In this document: positions 56,521 to 64,000 of the stretch, in pieces
Position numbering within the stretch: position 1 is the stretch's first letter
Layout of the letters: each line of letters begins with the position of its first letter
NCBI GenBank assembly: GCA_016185525.1
Contig: JACPNK010000005.1
Location: forward strand, 92,473 to 156,472
Reading direction: 5' to 3'
Source: Candidatus Yanofskybacteria bacterium
GTDB taxonomy: Bacteria > Patescibacteriota > Minisyncoccia > 2-02-FULL-40-12 > IGHO2-12-FULL-4
Length of the DNA stretch: 64,000 nucleotides
Made by a program: the position numbers and the translations under genes
Notes under the pieces: model-generated
The model's database searches: none
Told to the model about the DNA's origin: nothing
What the model saw: only the letters and a program-made list of their open reading frames with translations

Positions 56521-57216
56521 ATGCGAAAAGTTGAGATAAAAGCAGAAAAAAGAAGCGTGGTCGGCAAGTCTATGGCCGGTATTATGGGCCGTGGCTTTTT
56601 GCCTGCGGTAATTTACGGCCACGATTTTAAATCAACTCCTGTTCAGGTGAATCTTAAAGATTTTGAAAGAGCTTATCTGGAGGCCGGAGAGTCCTCTCTG
56701 GTTTATGTAAATTTGGACAGTAAAGATTTGCCGGTGATTATTCACGACGTTGCCAGAAACCCAATTTCCGATAGATTTATTCATGCTGATTTTTATAAAG
56801 TTAATTTGGCTGAAAAAATTACTGCTGATGTGCAATTGATTTTTATCGGCGAAGCTCCGGCAGTTAAAGATTTTGCCGGCATTTTGGTTAAGAATGTAAA
56901 TGAAGTTAAAGTTGAGGCTCTGCCTCAAAACTTGCCGCACGAAATTCAAGTTGATATTTCTGCGCTGAAAAATTTTACCGATCAGATTTTAATCAAAGAC
57001 CTTAAACTGCCAAAAGGCGTTGAGGTTAAAGAAAAGCCGGAAGAAATTATTGCGCTTATTCAGGAGCCAATTTCACAGGAAGAACTGGACAAGCAGTTGG
57101 CCGTACCGGAAGCTGGTGTGGCTGAAGTTGAGGTAATCAAGAAAGAAAAAGAAGCTGAAGAAGGCGAAGCAGTTGTTGCAGATGAAGGAGAGGTTGGAGA
57201 AAAAAAGAACTCATAA
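56521..57216 (+). CDS. rplY: 50S ribosomal protein L25/Ctc
   Basis: PAVIYG, HADFY, GEAPAVK, LP..LP..I.VDIS. Confidence 0.93.
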   Translation: MRKVEIKAEKRSVVGKSMAGIMGRGFLPAVIYGHDFKSTPVQVNLKDFERAYLEAGESSLVYVNLDSKDLPVIIHDVARNPISDRFIHADFYKVNLAEKITADVQLIFIGEAPAVKDFAGILVKNVNEVKVEALPQNLPHEIQVDISALKNFTDQILIKDLKLPKGVEVKEKPEEIIALIQEPISQEELDKQLAVPEAGVAEVEVIKKEKEAEEGEAVVADEGEVGEKKNS

Positions 57217-57246
57217 AAATAAACCCCACTTAGTGGGGTTTATTTT
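57216..57246. terminator. Bidirectional terminator
   Basis: AAAATAAACCCCAC-TTA-GTGGGGTTTATTTT. Confidence 0.8.
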
Positions 57247-57725
57247 TATTTCAAGTACTGTCTGAATTTTTCCAATTTGCTTTCTGAAAGAGCCAAAGAC
57301 TCTCTAACCGCCTGTTCTATGTCTGCCTTTGTAAATTGCGCTTTTTCTCCGAGGACAAAAAATTTTCCGTCCATTTTGCTTTTGAAAAAATTGTCTATGT
57401 AAAGTTTTTGTTCCGGTTTGAGTTTAATTTCCGGAAACTCTTCAAGGTATTTATTTAAAGCTTTGCGTGAGAGGGCGATGATACCGTCGCCTTTTTCTAC
57501 AGAGACTTCCAAAAAGTTAGCGGTTAACGGCTTGTTTTCAGTATTTACTGTTTTTGAGGGTCGGCTGAAAGCTGAAGCAATTCCGATAAGCAACACCACC
57601 GCGGCAACAAAAGGTAAAATTCTTTTCCCGAAATTTCTTTTAAACCAACTGCTGACTTTTTTGCCCCAGCCCGGACCTGCTTCAAAAACAGGACCGGTAG
57701 GCAACGAGACTTGTTCTTCTGTCAT
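57246..57725 (-). CDS. Membrane-anchored hypothetical protein
   Basis: TM helix, V.KGDG...L.RKA; ATGA overlap with prfA. Confidence 0.72.
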   Translation of the reverse strand: MTEEQVSLPTGPVFEAGPGWGKKVSSWFKRNFGKRILPFVAAVVLLIGIASAFSRPSKTVNTENKPLTANFLEVSVEKGDGIIALSRKALNKYLEEFPEIKLKPEQKLYIDNFFKSKMDGKFFVLGEKAQFTKADIEQAVRESLALSESKLEKFRQYLK

Positions 57726-58606
57726 TGATTTTTAGAGGCGTCTGTCAGGGCTTGGACAACTTGGTCCAAGTTTCCGTTCAAGATATCGCCAATATTACTC
57801 CAACTTTTTTTAATTCGGTGGTCGGTGATTCTGTCTTGTGGGAAATTGTAAGTTCTTATCTTTTCGGAGCGGTTCGCTGAACCTATTTGTGATCTTCTTT
57901 CTCCGCCAATCTTTTTTTCTTGTTCTTCTTTGTGAGCGGCTGCCAACTTGGCTCTCAAAATTTCCATAGCTTTTTCTCTGTTCCTGCCTTGAGACCTTTC
58001 TTCACGAGAAAATACTACCAAACCGCTGGGTTTATGTAAAATCCTTACGGCAGTTTCAACTTTGTTTACATTCTGACCTCCCGGTCCGCCGGCTCTGGTG
58101 AAAGTTATTTCCAGATCCTCTGGTTTAATCTGAACCTCACTTTCTTTTACTTTGGGCAGTACGGCTACGGTGGCGGTAGATGTGTGAACTCTGCCACTTT
58201 TTTCTGTTTCGGGAACTCTCTGTACTCTATGGACGCCGCTTTCATATTGCAGCAGGTTGTAAATGTTTTTTCCTGAAATCTCAAAAACAGCCTGTTTGTA
58301 GCCGCCGAGCGGGTTTTGGTTGTAGTCGATGATCCGCACCACAAAGTTGTTAAGAGCCGAAAACTTTTTATACATGGAAAATAAATCTGCGGCAAAAAGA
58401 CTTGCTTCGTCACCGCCGGCGCCGGCCCGAATCTCTACAATTACCTCGTTAATGCCGCTGCCATCGTTTTCTTGTTCCAAAGTTCTTTTAATTTCGGCAT
58501 GCTTCTTTCCGAGTTCGGCAACTTTTTTATAGTCAACGAAAATTTCCGGATTGGACATCTGAACCTCAATTTCTTGAAGCTCTTTTAAAAGCCTTTCTTT
58601 TGACAT
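57722..58606 (-). CDS. prfA: Peptide chain release factor 1 (short N-domain)
   Basis: [14 protein letters not shown] (PxT), GGQ, RTYNFPQ. Confidence 0.93.
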   Translation of the reverse strand: MSKERLLKELQEIEVQMSNPEIFVDYKKVAELGKKHAEIKRTLEQENDGSGINEVIVEIRAGAGGDEASLFAADLFSMYKKFSALNNFVVRIIDYNQNPLGGYKQAVFEISGKNIYNLLQYESGVHRVQRVPETEKSGRVHTSTATVAVLPKVKESEVQIKPEDLEITFTRAGGPGGQNVNKVETAVRILHKPSGLVVFSREERSQGRNREKAMEILRAKLAAAHKEEQEKKIGGERRSQIGSANRSEKIRTYNFPQDRITDHRIKKSWSNIGDILNGNLDQVVQALTDASKNQ

Positions 58607-58831
58607 CTATTTTTTTAGAGTTTTTCTTTGGGATTTTTCCAGCCTCTTTTTAAACTTGTCCACCCGTCCTCTTGTGTCTAAGACTTTTTCTTTGCCGGAG
58701 TAAAAAGGGTGGCAGTTTGAGCAGATTTCAATTTCAAGATCGGGCTGGGTTGAGCCGGTGGTCCAAGTTTTTCCGCAGGCGCAGCGGACTTTGGCGTTGT
58801 CGTAATAGGTTGGATGAATAGCTGATTTCAT
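58607..58831 (-). CDS. rpmE: 50S ribosomal protein L31
   Basis: IHPTY, CACG, CSNCHPFYSG, GRVDKF. Confidence 0.96.
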   Translation of the reverse strand: MKSAIHPTYYDNAKVRCACGKTWTTGSTQPDLEIEICSNCHPFYSGKEKVLDTRGRVDKFKKRLEKSQRKTLKK

Positions 58832-58887
58832 TGCTGTCTATCCTATCACTCTTGATTCAAAAGGTCAATTTTGATATACTGCATTTC

Positions 58888-59571
58888 ATGCTAAAAAACG
58901 AAACACAGTTGCCAACTTATGAAGATATGATTAAGGCCGGTATGCACTTGGGGCGCAAAAAATCTATTTTTAATCCCAAGATGAAGTCCAATGTCTATCT
59001 GATGAGGGACGGCATTCATATTATAGATTTGATAAAAACAAAACAGGGGATGACTTCAGTGGTGGATTTTTTGAGAAAATCTTTGGAAGATAAAAAACTA
59101 GTTTTATTTGTTGGTATTTCCAAACAGTCATCTGATTTGGTCAAAGACCTGGCGGAAAGCCTCGGTATGCCCTATGCGATCAATCGTTGGCTTGGCGGCA
59201 CTTTGACAAATTTTAAGACTGTAATTTCGCGTCTCCACTATCTTGAATCTTTGGAGACTGATTTTGCTTCGGGGGCATTTGAAAAGTACACAAAAAAAGA
59301 AAGACTGATGAAAGAAAAAGAAATGGCAAAGTTGAAAGAAAAATTTGATGGTTTGAGGAAGTTGAACCGTGTTCCAGACATTTTGTTTGTTTCTTCGGTT
59401 AAAGAGAACGAACTCCCAATTAGAGAAGCCAAAAAAATGAAAGTCAAAATTGTCGGTTTGATTAATACCGAAAGCGATCCTAGCCGAATTGATTTCCCGA
59501 TTCCAGCCAATGACAACGCACGCAAATCCCTGGAATTGATTATTAAAGCTATCAAAGATTCTCTTTTGTAA
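58888..59571 (+). CDS. rpsB: 30S ribosomal protein S2
   Basis: AGMHLG, RWLGGTLTN, PANDN; ATG 7 nt after TATACT. Confidence 0.96.
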   Translation: MLKNETQLPTYEDMIKAGMHLGRKKSIFNPKMKSNVYLMRDGIHIIDLIKTKQGMTSVVDFLRKSLEDKKLVLFVGISKQSSDLVKDLAESLGMPYAINRWLGGTLTNFKTVISRLHYLESLETDFASGAFEKYTKKERLMKEKEMAKLKEKFDGLRKLNRVPDILFVSSVKENELPIREAKKMKVKIVGLINTESDPSRIDFPIPANDNARKSLELIIKAIKDSLL

Positions 59572-59582
59572 TTTAAACTACT

Positions 59583-60032
59583 GTGTCTGTCATAGAAAAA
59601 GTAAAAAAAATCAGAGAGGCTACCAGTTTATCTGTCGGCGAGATATCTAAGGCTTTGGTTGAAGCGGCCGGAGACGAGTTTCGGGCTTTGCAAATTTTGA
59701 AAGACCGGGGGGTTCAGATTGCCAACAAGAAGTCCTCTAGAGAAATCAAAGAGGGGATTGTAGAGTGCTATGTGCATGGCAACAGAAAAATAGGTGCTAT
59801 GGTTGAACTTGGCTCGGAAACGGACTTTGTCGCTAAAAATGAAGAATTTAGGAAATTAGCTCACGAATTGGCAATGCAGGTTGCTTCAATGGAACCCAAG
59901 GACTCTGAAGATCTGCTTTCGCAGACATTTATCAAGGACCCCTCAATGACTATCGCCGATCTGGTCAATCAGTATATTGCCAGACTGGGAGAAAATATAA
60001 AAATCAGAAAAATAGTCAGATTTGAAATATAA
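59583..60032 (+). CDS. tsf: Elongation factor Ts (short form)
   Basis: SETDFVA, LGENI; follows rpsB. Confidence 0.94.
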   Translation: MSVIEKVKKIREATSLSVGEISKALVEAAGDEFRALQILKDRGVQIANKKSSREIKEGIVECYVHGNRKIGAMVELGSETDFVAKNEEFRKLAHELAMQVASMEPKDSEDLLSQTFIKDPSMTIADLVNQYIARLGENIKIRKIVRFEI

Positions 60033-60034
60033 TC

Positions 60035-60637
60035 ATGTACCTCATCATACCCCTCTTCATAATTTTTGTTTCTTTGTTTGGTGTTATGCTTATCGTTTGG
60101 CGTAAGATCCCATACTTAAAGAAAATTACCAATCCGGCGCCAATATCATTTTCAGAGTCCGTGCCACTTGTTCTGCTTTCAGATTTTTTTCCGGAGGTTG
60201 CCAACTATCTCAAAAAATCAGATCTCACAGCCTACAGAAATCATCTAATGAAAGAGTTGGAAAAGTTTTTGCGCAGACTAAGGGTGCTTTCGTTGAAGCT
60301 GGATAGTTTTACCAACAAATTGCTGGCCAAGATTAAGTCGGAAAATCTAAAAAACGGGCATACCTTGGCGCAGGAATTTAAAGAAGCAGCCGAAGTAAAA
60401 ACAATTCAGAGAAAAGAAAGTTTTACAGAGCGCGCTAAAAAAGAAGAACAGGCTTTAATCATTGAAATTGCCAAAAATCCTAAAAACCCTGAACTTTATA
60501 AAAAACTGGCCGAAGTCTATCTTTCTGTTAAAAATTTTTCCGATGCCAAAGAGTCGCTGGAGACGGCTTTAGAACTTGATCCGGAAGACCAGCAGACGAG
60601 GGAAAAACTGGAGACAGTAAGGAGGCTATTGTCTTAA
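60035..60637 (+). CDS. Membrane-anchored protein with C-terminal TPR
   Basis: TM helix; NPKNPELYKKLAEVY..ALELDP. Confidence 0.8.
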   Translation: MYLIIPLFIIFVSLFGVMLIVWRKIPYLKKITNPAPISFSESVPLVLLSDFFPEVANYLKKSDLTAYRNHLMKELEKFLRRLRVLSLKLDSFTNKLLAKIKSENLKNGHTLAQEFKEAAEVKTIQRKESFTERAKKEEQALIIEIAKNPKNPELYKKLAEVYLSVKNFSDAKESLETALELDPEDQQTREKLETVRRLLS

Positions 60638-60709
60638 GCCGCCTTAGTTCAGTGGCAGAACGCCATCCCCGTAAGATGGATGTCCCCAGTTCGATTCTGG
60701 GAGGCGGCT
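60638..60709 (+). tRNA. tRNA-Thr(CGT)
   Basis: GCCGCCT acceptor, CCATC-CCCGTAA-GATGG (C33), TTCGATT T-loop. Confidence 0.88.
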
Positions 60710-60764
60710 CTTGAAAAGTTATTCTAGAGTTACTTTACTGAAAAAATGTTATAGTTTACTTAAC

Positions 60765-60838
60765 GCCGGAGTAGCTCAATGGTAGAGCAGCCGATTTGTA
60801 ATCGGCAGGCTTGTTGGGTTCGAGTCCCACCTCCGGCT
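60765..60838 (+). tRNA. tRNA-Thr(TGT)
   Basis: GCCGGAG acceptor, GCCGA-TTTGTAA-TCGGC; extra nt around the variable/T stem. Confidence 0.88.
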
Positions 60839-60840
60839 CA

Positions 60841-61482
60841 ATGGCTTATAATTTTTATAGTTCGAGAGAGTATAAAAAAAGACAAAGCTTGTTGGTAAAG
60901 GCTGCTTGGAAAAGAGGAGACTTTGATTTTTTTAGGAAAAAAGAAGAAAGAGTATGTAGGCGAAATGATTGTGGCGAGGTTTTTACTGTTAAGCCAAGCG
61001 ATTCAAAGGTTTTTTGTTCTCATTCCTGTTCTGCCATGGTAAATAATAGGAATCGACGCATTGTTAGATATTGTCTAAGTTGCGAAAAAAAAGTATTAAG
61101 GCCAAGTTACAAATATTGTTCTAACGCGTGTCATGTTGTTCACAAATTTAACTCCTATGTAAAAAGATGGAAGAAGGGGGAGGAGAGTGGTTTAAAGGGT
61201 AGCCTGGGTATAGTATCTAGACACGTTAAAAGATATTTAAGAGAGAAATATAGAAATAGATGCTGTTTGTGTGGCTGGTCAAAAATTAATCCCAAAACTA
61301 ATGTAGTTCCGTTAGTGGCCGACCACATTGATGGAAACTGGCAAAATAATAAGGAGAAAAATTTGAGACTATTGTGTCCAAACTGTGACTCTTTAACTCC
61401 AACTTTTTGCGGATTAAATAAAGGGAGAGGGAGGAAAAATCGAGCCGTAAGTAAAAGAATTCGAATCAGTAAATTATTATAA
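60841..61482 (+). CDS. HNH endonuclease with N-terminal Cys-rich zinc repeats
   Basis: FCSHSC, YCSNAC, CCLCG, DHIDGN..NLRLLCPNC; AT-rich. Confidence 0.88.
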   Translation: MAYNFYSSREYKKRQSLLVKAAWKRGDFDFFRKKEERVCRRNDCGEVFTVKPSDSKVFCSHSCSAMVNNRNRRIVRYCLSCEKKVLRPSYKYCSNACHVVHKFNSYVKRWKKGEESGLKGSLGIVSRHVKRYLREKYRNRCCLCGWSKINPKTNVVPLVADHIDGNWQNNKEKNLRLLCPNCDSLTPTFCGLNKGRGRKNRAVSKRIRISKLL

Positions 61483-61544
61483 TTATTTAAGGAAAGTTAA
61501 ATTTGATTATGGCTAGAAAGCTTAGTTAAATGGACAGATTGTTG

Positions 61545-61628
61545 GGGCAGTTGGTGGAGTAGTCAAACACACCACGCTGTAAACGTGGCGGCCTTAGGCC
61601 TTCGGGGGTGCAAATCCCTCACTGCCCA
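61545..61628 (+). tRNA. tRNA-Tyr(GTA)
   Basis: GGGCAGT acceptor, CCACG-CTGTAAA-CGTGG, long variable arm; T-loop TGCAAAT. Confidence 0.92.
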
Positions 61629-61639
61629 CAAAAAACAAA

Positions 61640-61711
61640 GCCAGCGTAGCTTAGTGGTAAAGCACCCCCTTGGTAAGGGGAAGACCGTCGGTCCGATTCC
61701 GACCGCTGGCT
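61640..61711 (+). tRNA. tRNA-Thr(GGT)
   Basis: GCCAGCG acceptor, TTGGTAA anticodon loop; T-loop TCCGATT. Confidence 0.9.
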
Positions 61712-61713
61712 CT

Positions 61714-61872
61714 ATGAGTCAAGATAATTTAATAAAAATGAAGTGCGGAAAGTGTAAGCGTTTCAATTACCACACTTTCAAGAATAAAAAGAAAGTGGAG
61801 CGGACCATCACTTTAAAGAAGTTTTGTAAGTGGTGCCGCGCGCACACCGAACATAAAGAAACCAAAAAATAA
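61714..61872 (+). CDS. rpmG: 50S ribosomal protein L33
   Basis: C..C...NY.T.KN, LKKFC..C..HT.HKE. Confidence 0.95.
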   Translation: MSQDNLIKMKCGKCKRFNYHTFKNKKKVERTITLKKFCKWCRAHTEHKETKK

Positions 61873-61886
61873 TTTTGGTTTCTTTT

Positions 61887-61957
61887 GGGGATGTCGTTCA
61901 ATGGCAGGACTCTTCTCTCCAAAAGAAGGTATTCCCGTTCAAGTCGGGACATCCCCG
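61887..61957 (+). tRNA. tRNA-Trp(CCA)
   Basis: GGGGATG acceptor, CTTCT-CTCCAAA-AGAAG, G73. Confidence 0.92.
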
Positions 61958-61989
61958 CAGGAAAGGGCTGGACAATTCCCTCAACTCCC

Positions 61990-62042
61990 GCCATGCACCG
62001 CGTGGGGTGCATGGTTGCCCTGAATCCTACGTGGTTCAGGGC
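61990..62042. repeat. Inverted doublet of related 26 nt hairpins (REPIN/BIME-like)
   Basis: 61990-62015 resembles the reverse complement of 62017-62042. Confidence 0.55.
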
Positions 62043-62054
62043 GTCACACCCTAC

Positions 62055-62091
62055 AAATCAAAAAGATGGCCAGTTGCCATCTTTTTGATTT
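62055..62091 (+). terminator. Terminator after the tRNA operon
   Basis: AAATCAAAAAGATGGC..GCCATCTTTTTGATTT. Confidence 0.7.
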
Positions 62092-62140
62092 ATGATAGTA
62101 TCATCCCAAATTTGATCTTTGAAAATTAAAGGAGAAAAAA

Positions 62141-64000
62141 ATGGGAAGCCAAAAGGGAGCAAAAATTGGTTTTGCTTCTCGCGTTGACTATGGCTCGTCA
62201 GGTTTCCGCAGTGGACTTGTCAGGGCAGGGTTTGAGATTTTTGTTAAGGAGCAAGTTAACTTTATTGTAATGCCGGGCGGGTTGGTGGCAAAAAAGGCGT
62301 TAACTGAAAAAATGAATGCTTGGATTAAAGAGCGGTTAAGTATTAGAAAGTCTGGCGGGTCTAAAAAAAACAATGGAAGAACTAAATTAGGAAAAAAGAA
62401 AAACGGCAACGGCCTTTCTGCTTCGGAAAAGTTGAGAATAAAAAAAGGAGAACTGCGGGCGGAATTCTTGTCCGGGGTTGCCAAAGAACTCGCCGAACTT
62501 ATTCCGGTAACGACTGTCACGGATCCCGAAGATGCGACCAAGAAAAAAAGTCTGGATTTGTTTATCACAACCAGTCCGGCTTTTGACGGAGAAATCGGAG
62601 AAGATGTGGCCCAATTGTTGGCCGAACTGCGCCCAGATATAAAAGTCTGGAATGTCGGCGGTGATCGTTTTCCGGTTCTTTACGTGGATAAGCTTATCTG
62701 GGCGCTAGCTCCATCCAAAGCAACCTGGATGCGAGGCGACTACTTCAGCACTCCCGTAGAAAGAGTTATTAAGGACAAAATAAAACAAACTTCGCAAAGT
62801 TCACCTGACCGTTTTGTTGTCGGTTGTTTTGGTTCAAGCATCAACAAAACCAAAGGTGAGTTAAAATATGCTTACGTTTCCGTTCCGGCACTTTCACGCT
62901 TAGAAGAAACGCGGGTCAACGAAAACCAGATTGGCGTTTGTGTGCTTGAGTACCCTGCCGATAATAGCGATTCGCTTTGGCGCAATTACAGCTTAAAGGA
63001 CGTGGTTAGTCGGGAGTTAGACTTTATTGTTCCACCGACAGAAACCAGCAGTCTTCAGAAAAAAATGATTGACATCATGAAGACCAGGGGGTGGGCTACT
63101 CCGGGAATATTGAGAAATGCTCTTAAAGATATTCCTTTGGATAAGATTAAGGCTGGAATGGCGGAATTAATGAAGTTAAAAACCTTCAGGCGTATGGGGG
63201 AAAACTGGCCTGGTATTGTTTACAAAGAAAGTGGCAAGAAGTATTACTTTGATCTTGACTTCATCCAACACCGTCTAAAATATGCTTTGCCGAACGGACC
63301 ATTCAAAGAAGATCGTATCGTGTCTTTTTCTTGTCTTCACACCGGTTCCATAGAAACTGACTACGATTTTTTTAGAAACGAACTACCCAAAATTATTCTA
63401 AAACATAACGTAGATATTCTTGTTAATGTCGGCGATCTCATAGAGGGTATGAAGCATTTTTTGGACCGAAAAGGTGAGATTATTGCCGGAATGAATAATT
63501 ATACAATCCAAGAAGAAGCTGCTGCTAATCTGGTGGGTGCTGTCATGGAAGAAGTGTTCAACATTCGTTTTGCCAAGGCTTTAGCGGGAGAAACGGGAGA
63601 AGTAACTCCAGACATAGTTCATTCCATCGTTAAACAGAGTTTGATTGATTTGAAAAACAAACTAGGCAACCATGACCTTTGGCAGATAGATGACGGACAT
63701 ACTCCTTTGCGAGTTTTTGAACTCACTATAGTAAATTATTTAGCCGACAAAATTACAGAAACACTTGCTAAAAAAAAGTTGTCTTGTTCGGACCTACGGG
63801 GAATAGTTGAAAGTAAAATTATCCGTAGTGATCTTTTTGAACTGCCATCGGGCTTGAAAGTTTCCGTTCAGCATCCGCATATGGCTCGGGCCAAAACCAC
63901 TTCTCTGCGTCCGCAGGAAATGCTGGAGTTTGCCAAAAGGCAAGGGTGCCAAGTTGCTATCGGCGGAAATTTCCACGTGAGCGAAAATATTGAAGAGTGG
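62141..64000 (+). CDS. Large calcineurin-like metallophosphoesterase protein, 3' truncated (absent from ORF track)
   Basis: ATG after AAGGAG; MGSQKGAKIGFASRVDYG..; later SCLHTGS, VGDLIEG, GNHD, QHPH, GNFHV motifs. Confidence 0.78.
   Translation, partial: MGSQKGAKIGFASRVDYGSSGFRSGLVRAGFEIFVKEQVNFIVMPGGLVAKKALTEKMNAWIKERLSIRKSGGSKKNNGRTKLGKKKNGNGLSASEKLRIKKGELRAEFLSGVAKELAELIPVTTVTDPEDATKKKSLDLFITTSPAFDGEIGEDVAQLLAELRPDIKVWNVGGDRFPVLYVDKLIWALAPSKATWMRGDYFSTPVERVIKDKIKQTSQSSPDRFVVGCFGSSINKTKGELKYAYVSVPALSRLEETRVNENQIGVCVLEYPADNSDSLWRNYSLKDVVSRELDFIVPPTETSSLQKKMIDIMKTRGWATPGILRNALKDIPLDKIKAGMAELMKLKTFRRMGENWPGIVYKESGKKYYFDLDFIQHRLKYALPNGPFKEDRIVSFSCLHTGSIETDYDFFRNELPKIILKHNVDILVNVGDLIEGMKHFLDRKGEIIAGMNNYTIQEEAAANLVGAVMEEVFNIRFAKALAGETGEVTPDIVHSIVKQSLIDLKNKLGNHDLWQIDDGHTPLRVFELTIVNYLADKITETLAKKKLSCSDLRGIVESKIIRSDLFELPSGLKVSVQHPHMARAKTTSLRPQEMLEFAKRQGCQVAIGGNFHVSENIEEW

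Noticed and set aside
1-64000. Prophage, intact IS, rRNA or known riboswitch
   Set aside because: No structural phage genes, integrase, transposase, rRNA or recognisable aptamer consensus was seen.

Overview
A 64 kb chromosomal segment from a small-genome bacterium, most consistent with Patescibacteria/CPR (Parcubacteria-like). This is inferred from the shortened IF-2, EF-Ts and RF1, a full type IV pilus/competence cluster, mostly SD-less core genes and standard code 11. It holds core genes (tsaE, polA, holA, recG, infB, rbfA, ligA, trxB, rpiB, rpe, fba, rplY, prfA, rpmE, rpsB, tsf, rpmG), ten tRNAs, three toxin-antitoxin pairs, free-standing LAGLIDADG and HNH genes, a PrkA-YeaH-SpoVR-PrkA operon and several accessory envelope genes. 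Five patterns stand out. (1) Gene starts fall into two classes: core genes are leaderless or SD-less, while 8-9 dispersed accessory units share a promoter, a boxA-like GNWCYTTRAAAA motif and an SD. Some of these encode proteins that fit a diderm cell, such as an outer-membrane beta-barrel. (2) Two copies of an unannotated structured element keep their loops while their stems have diverged. (3) A 3' trailer element behind two different tRNAs carries an antisense segment matched to each tRNA. (4) Three ORFs start exactly 2 nt after a tRNA discriminator base. (5) Many palindromic elements sit inside core genes without breaking the frame. All calls are by eye; no database searches were run.
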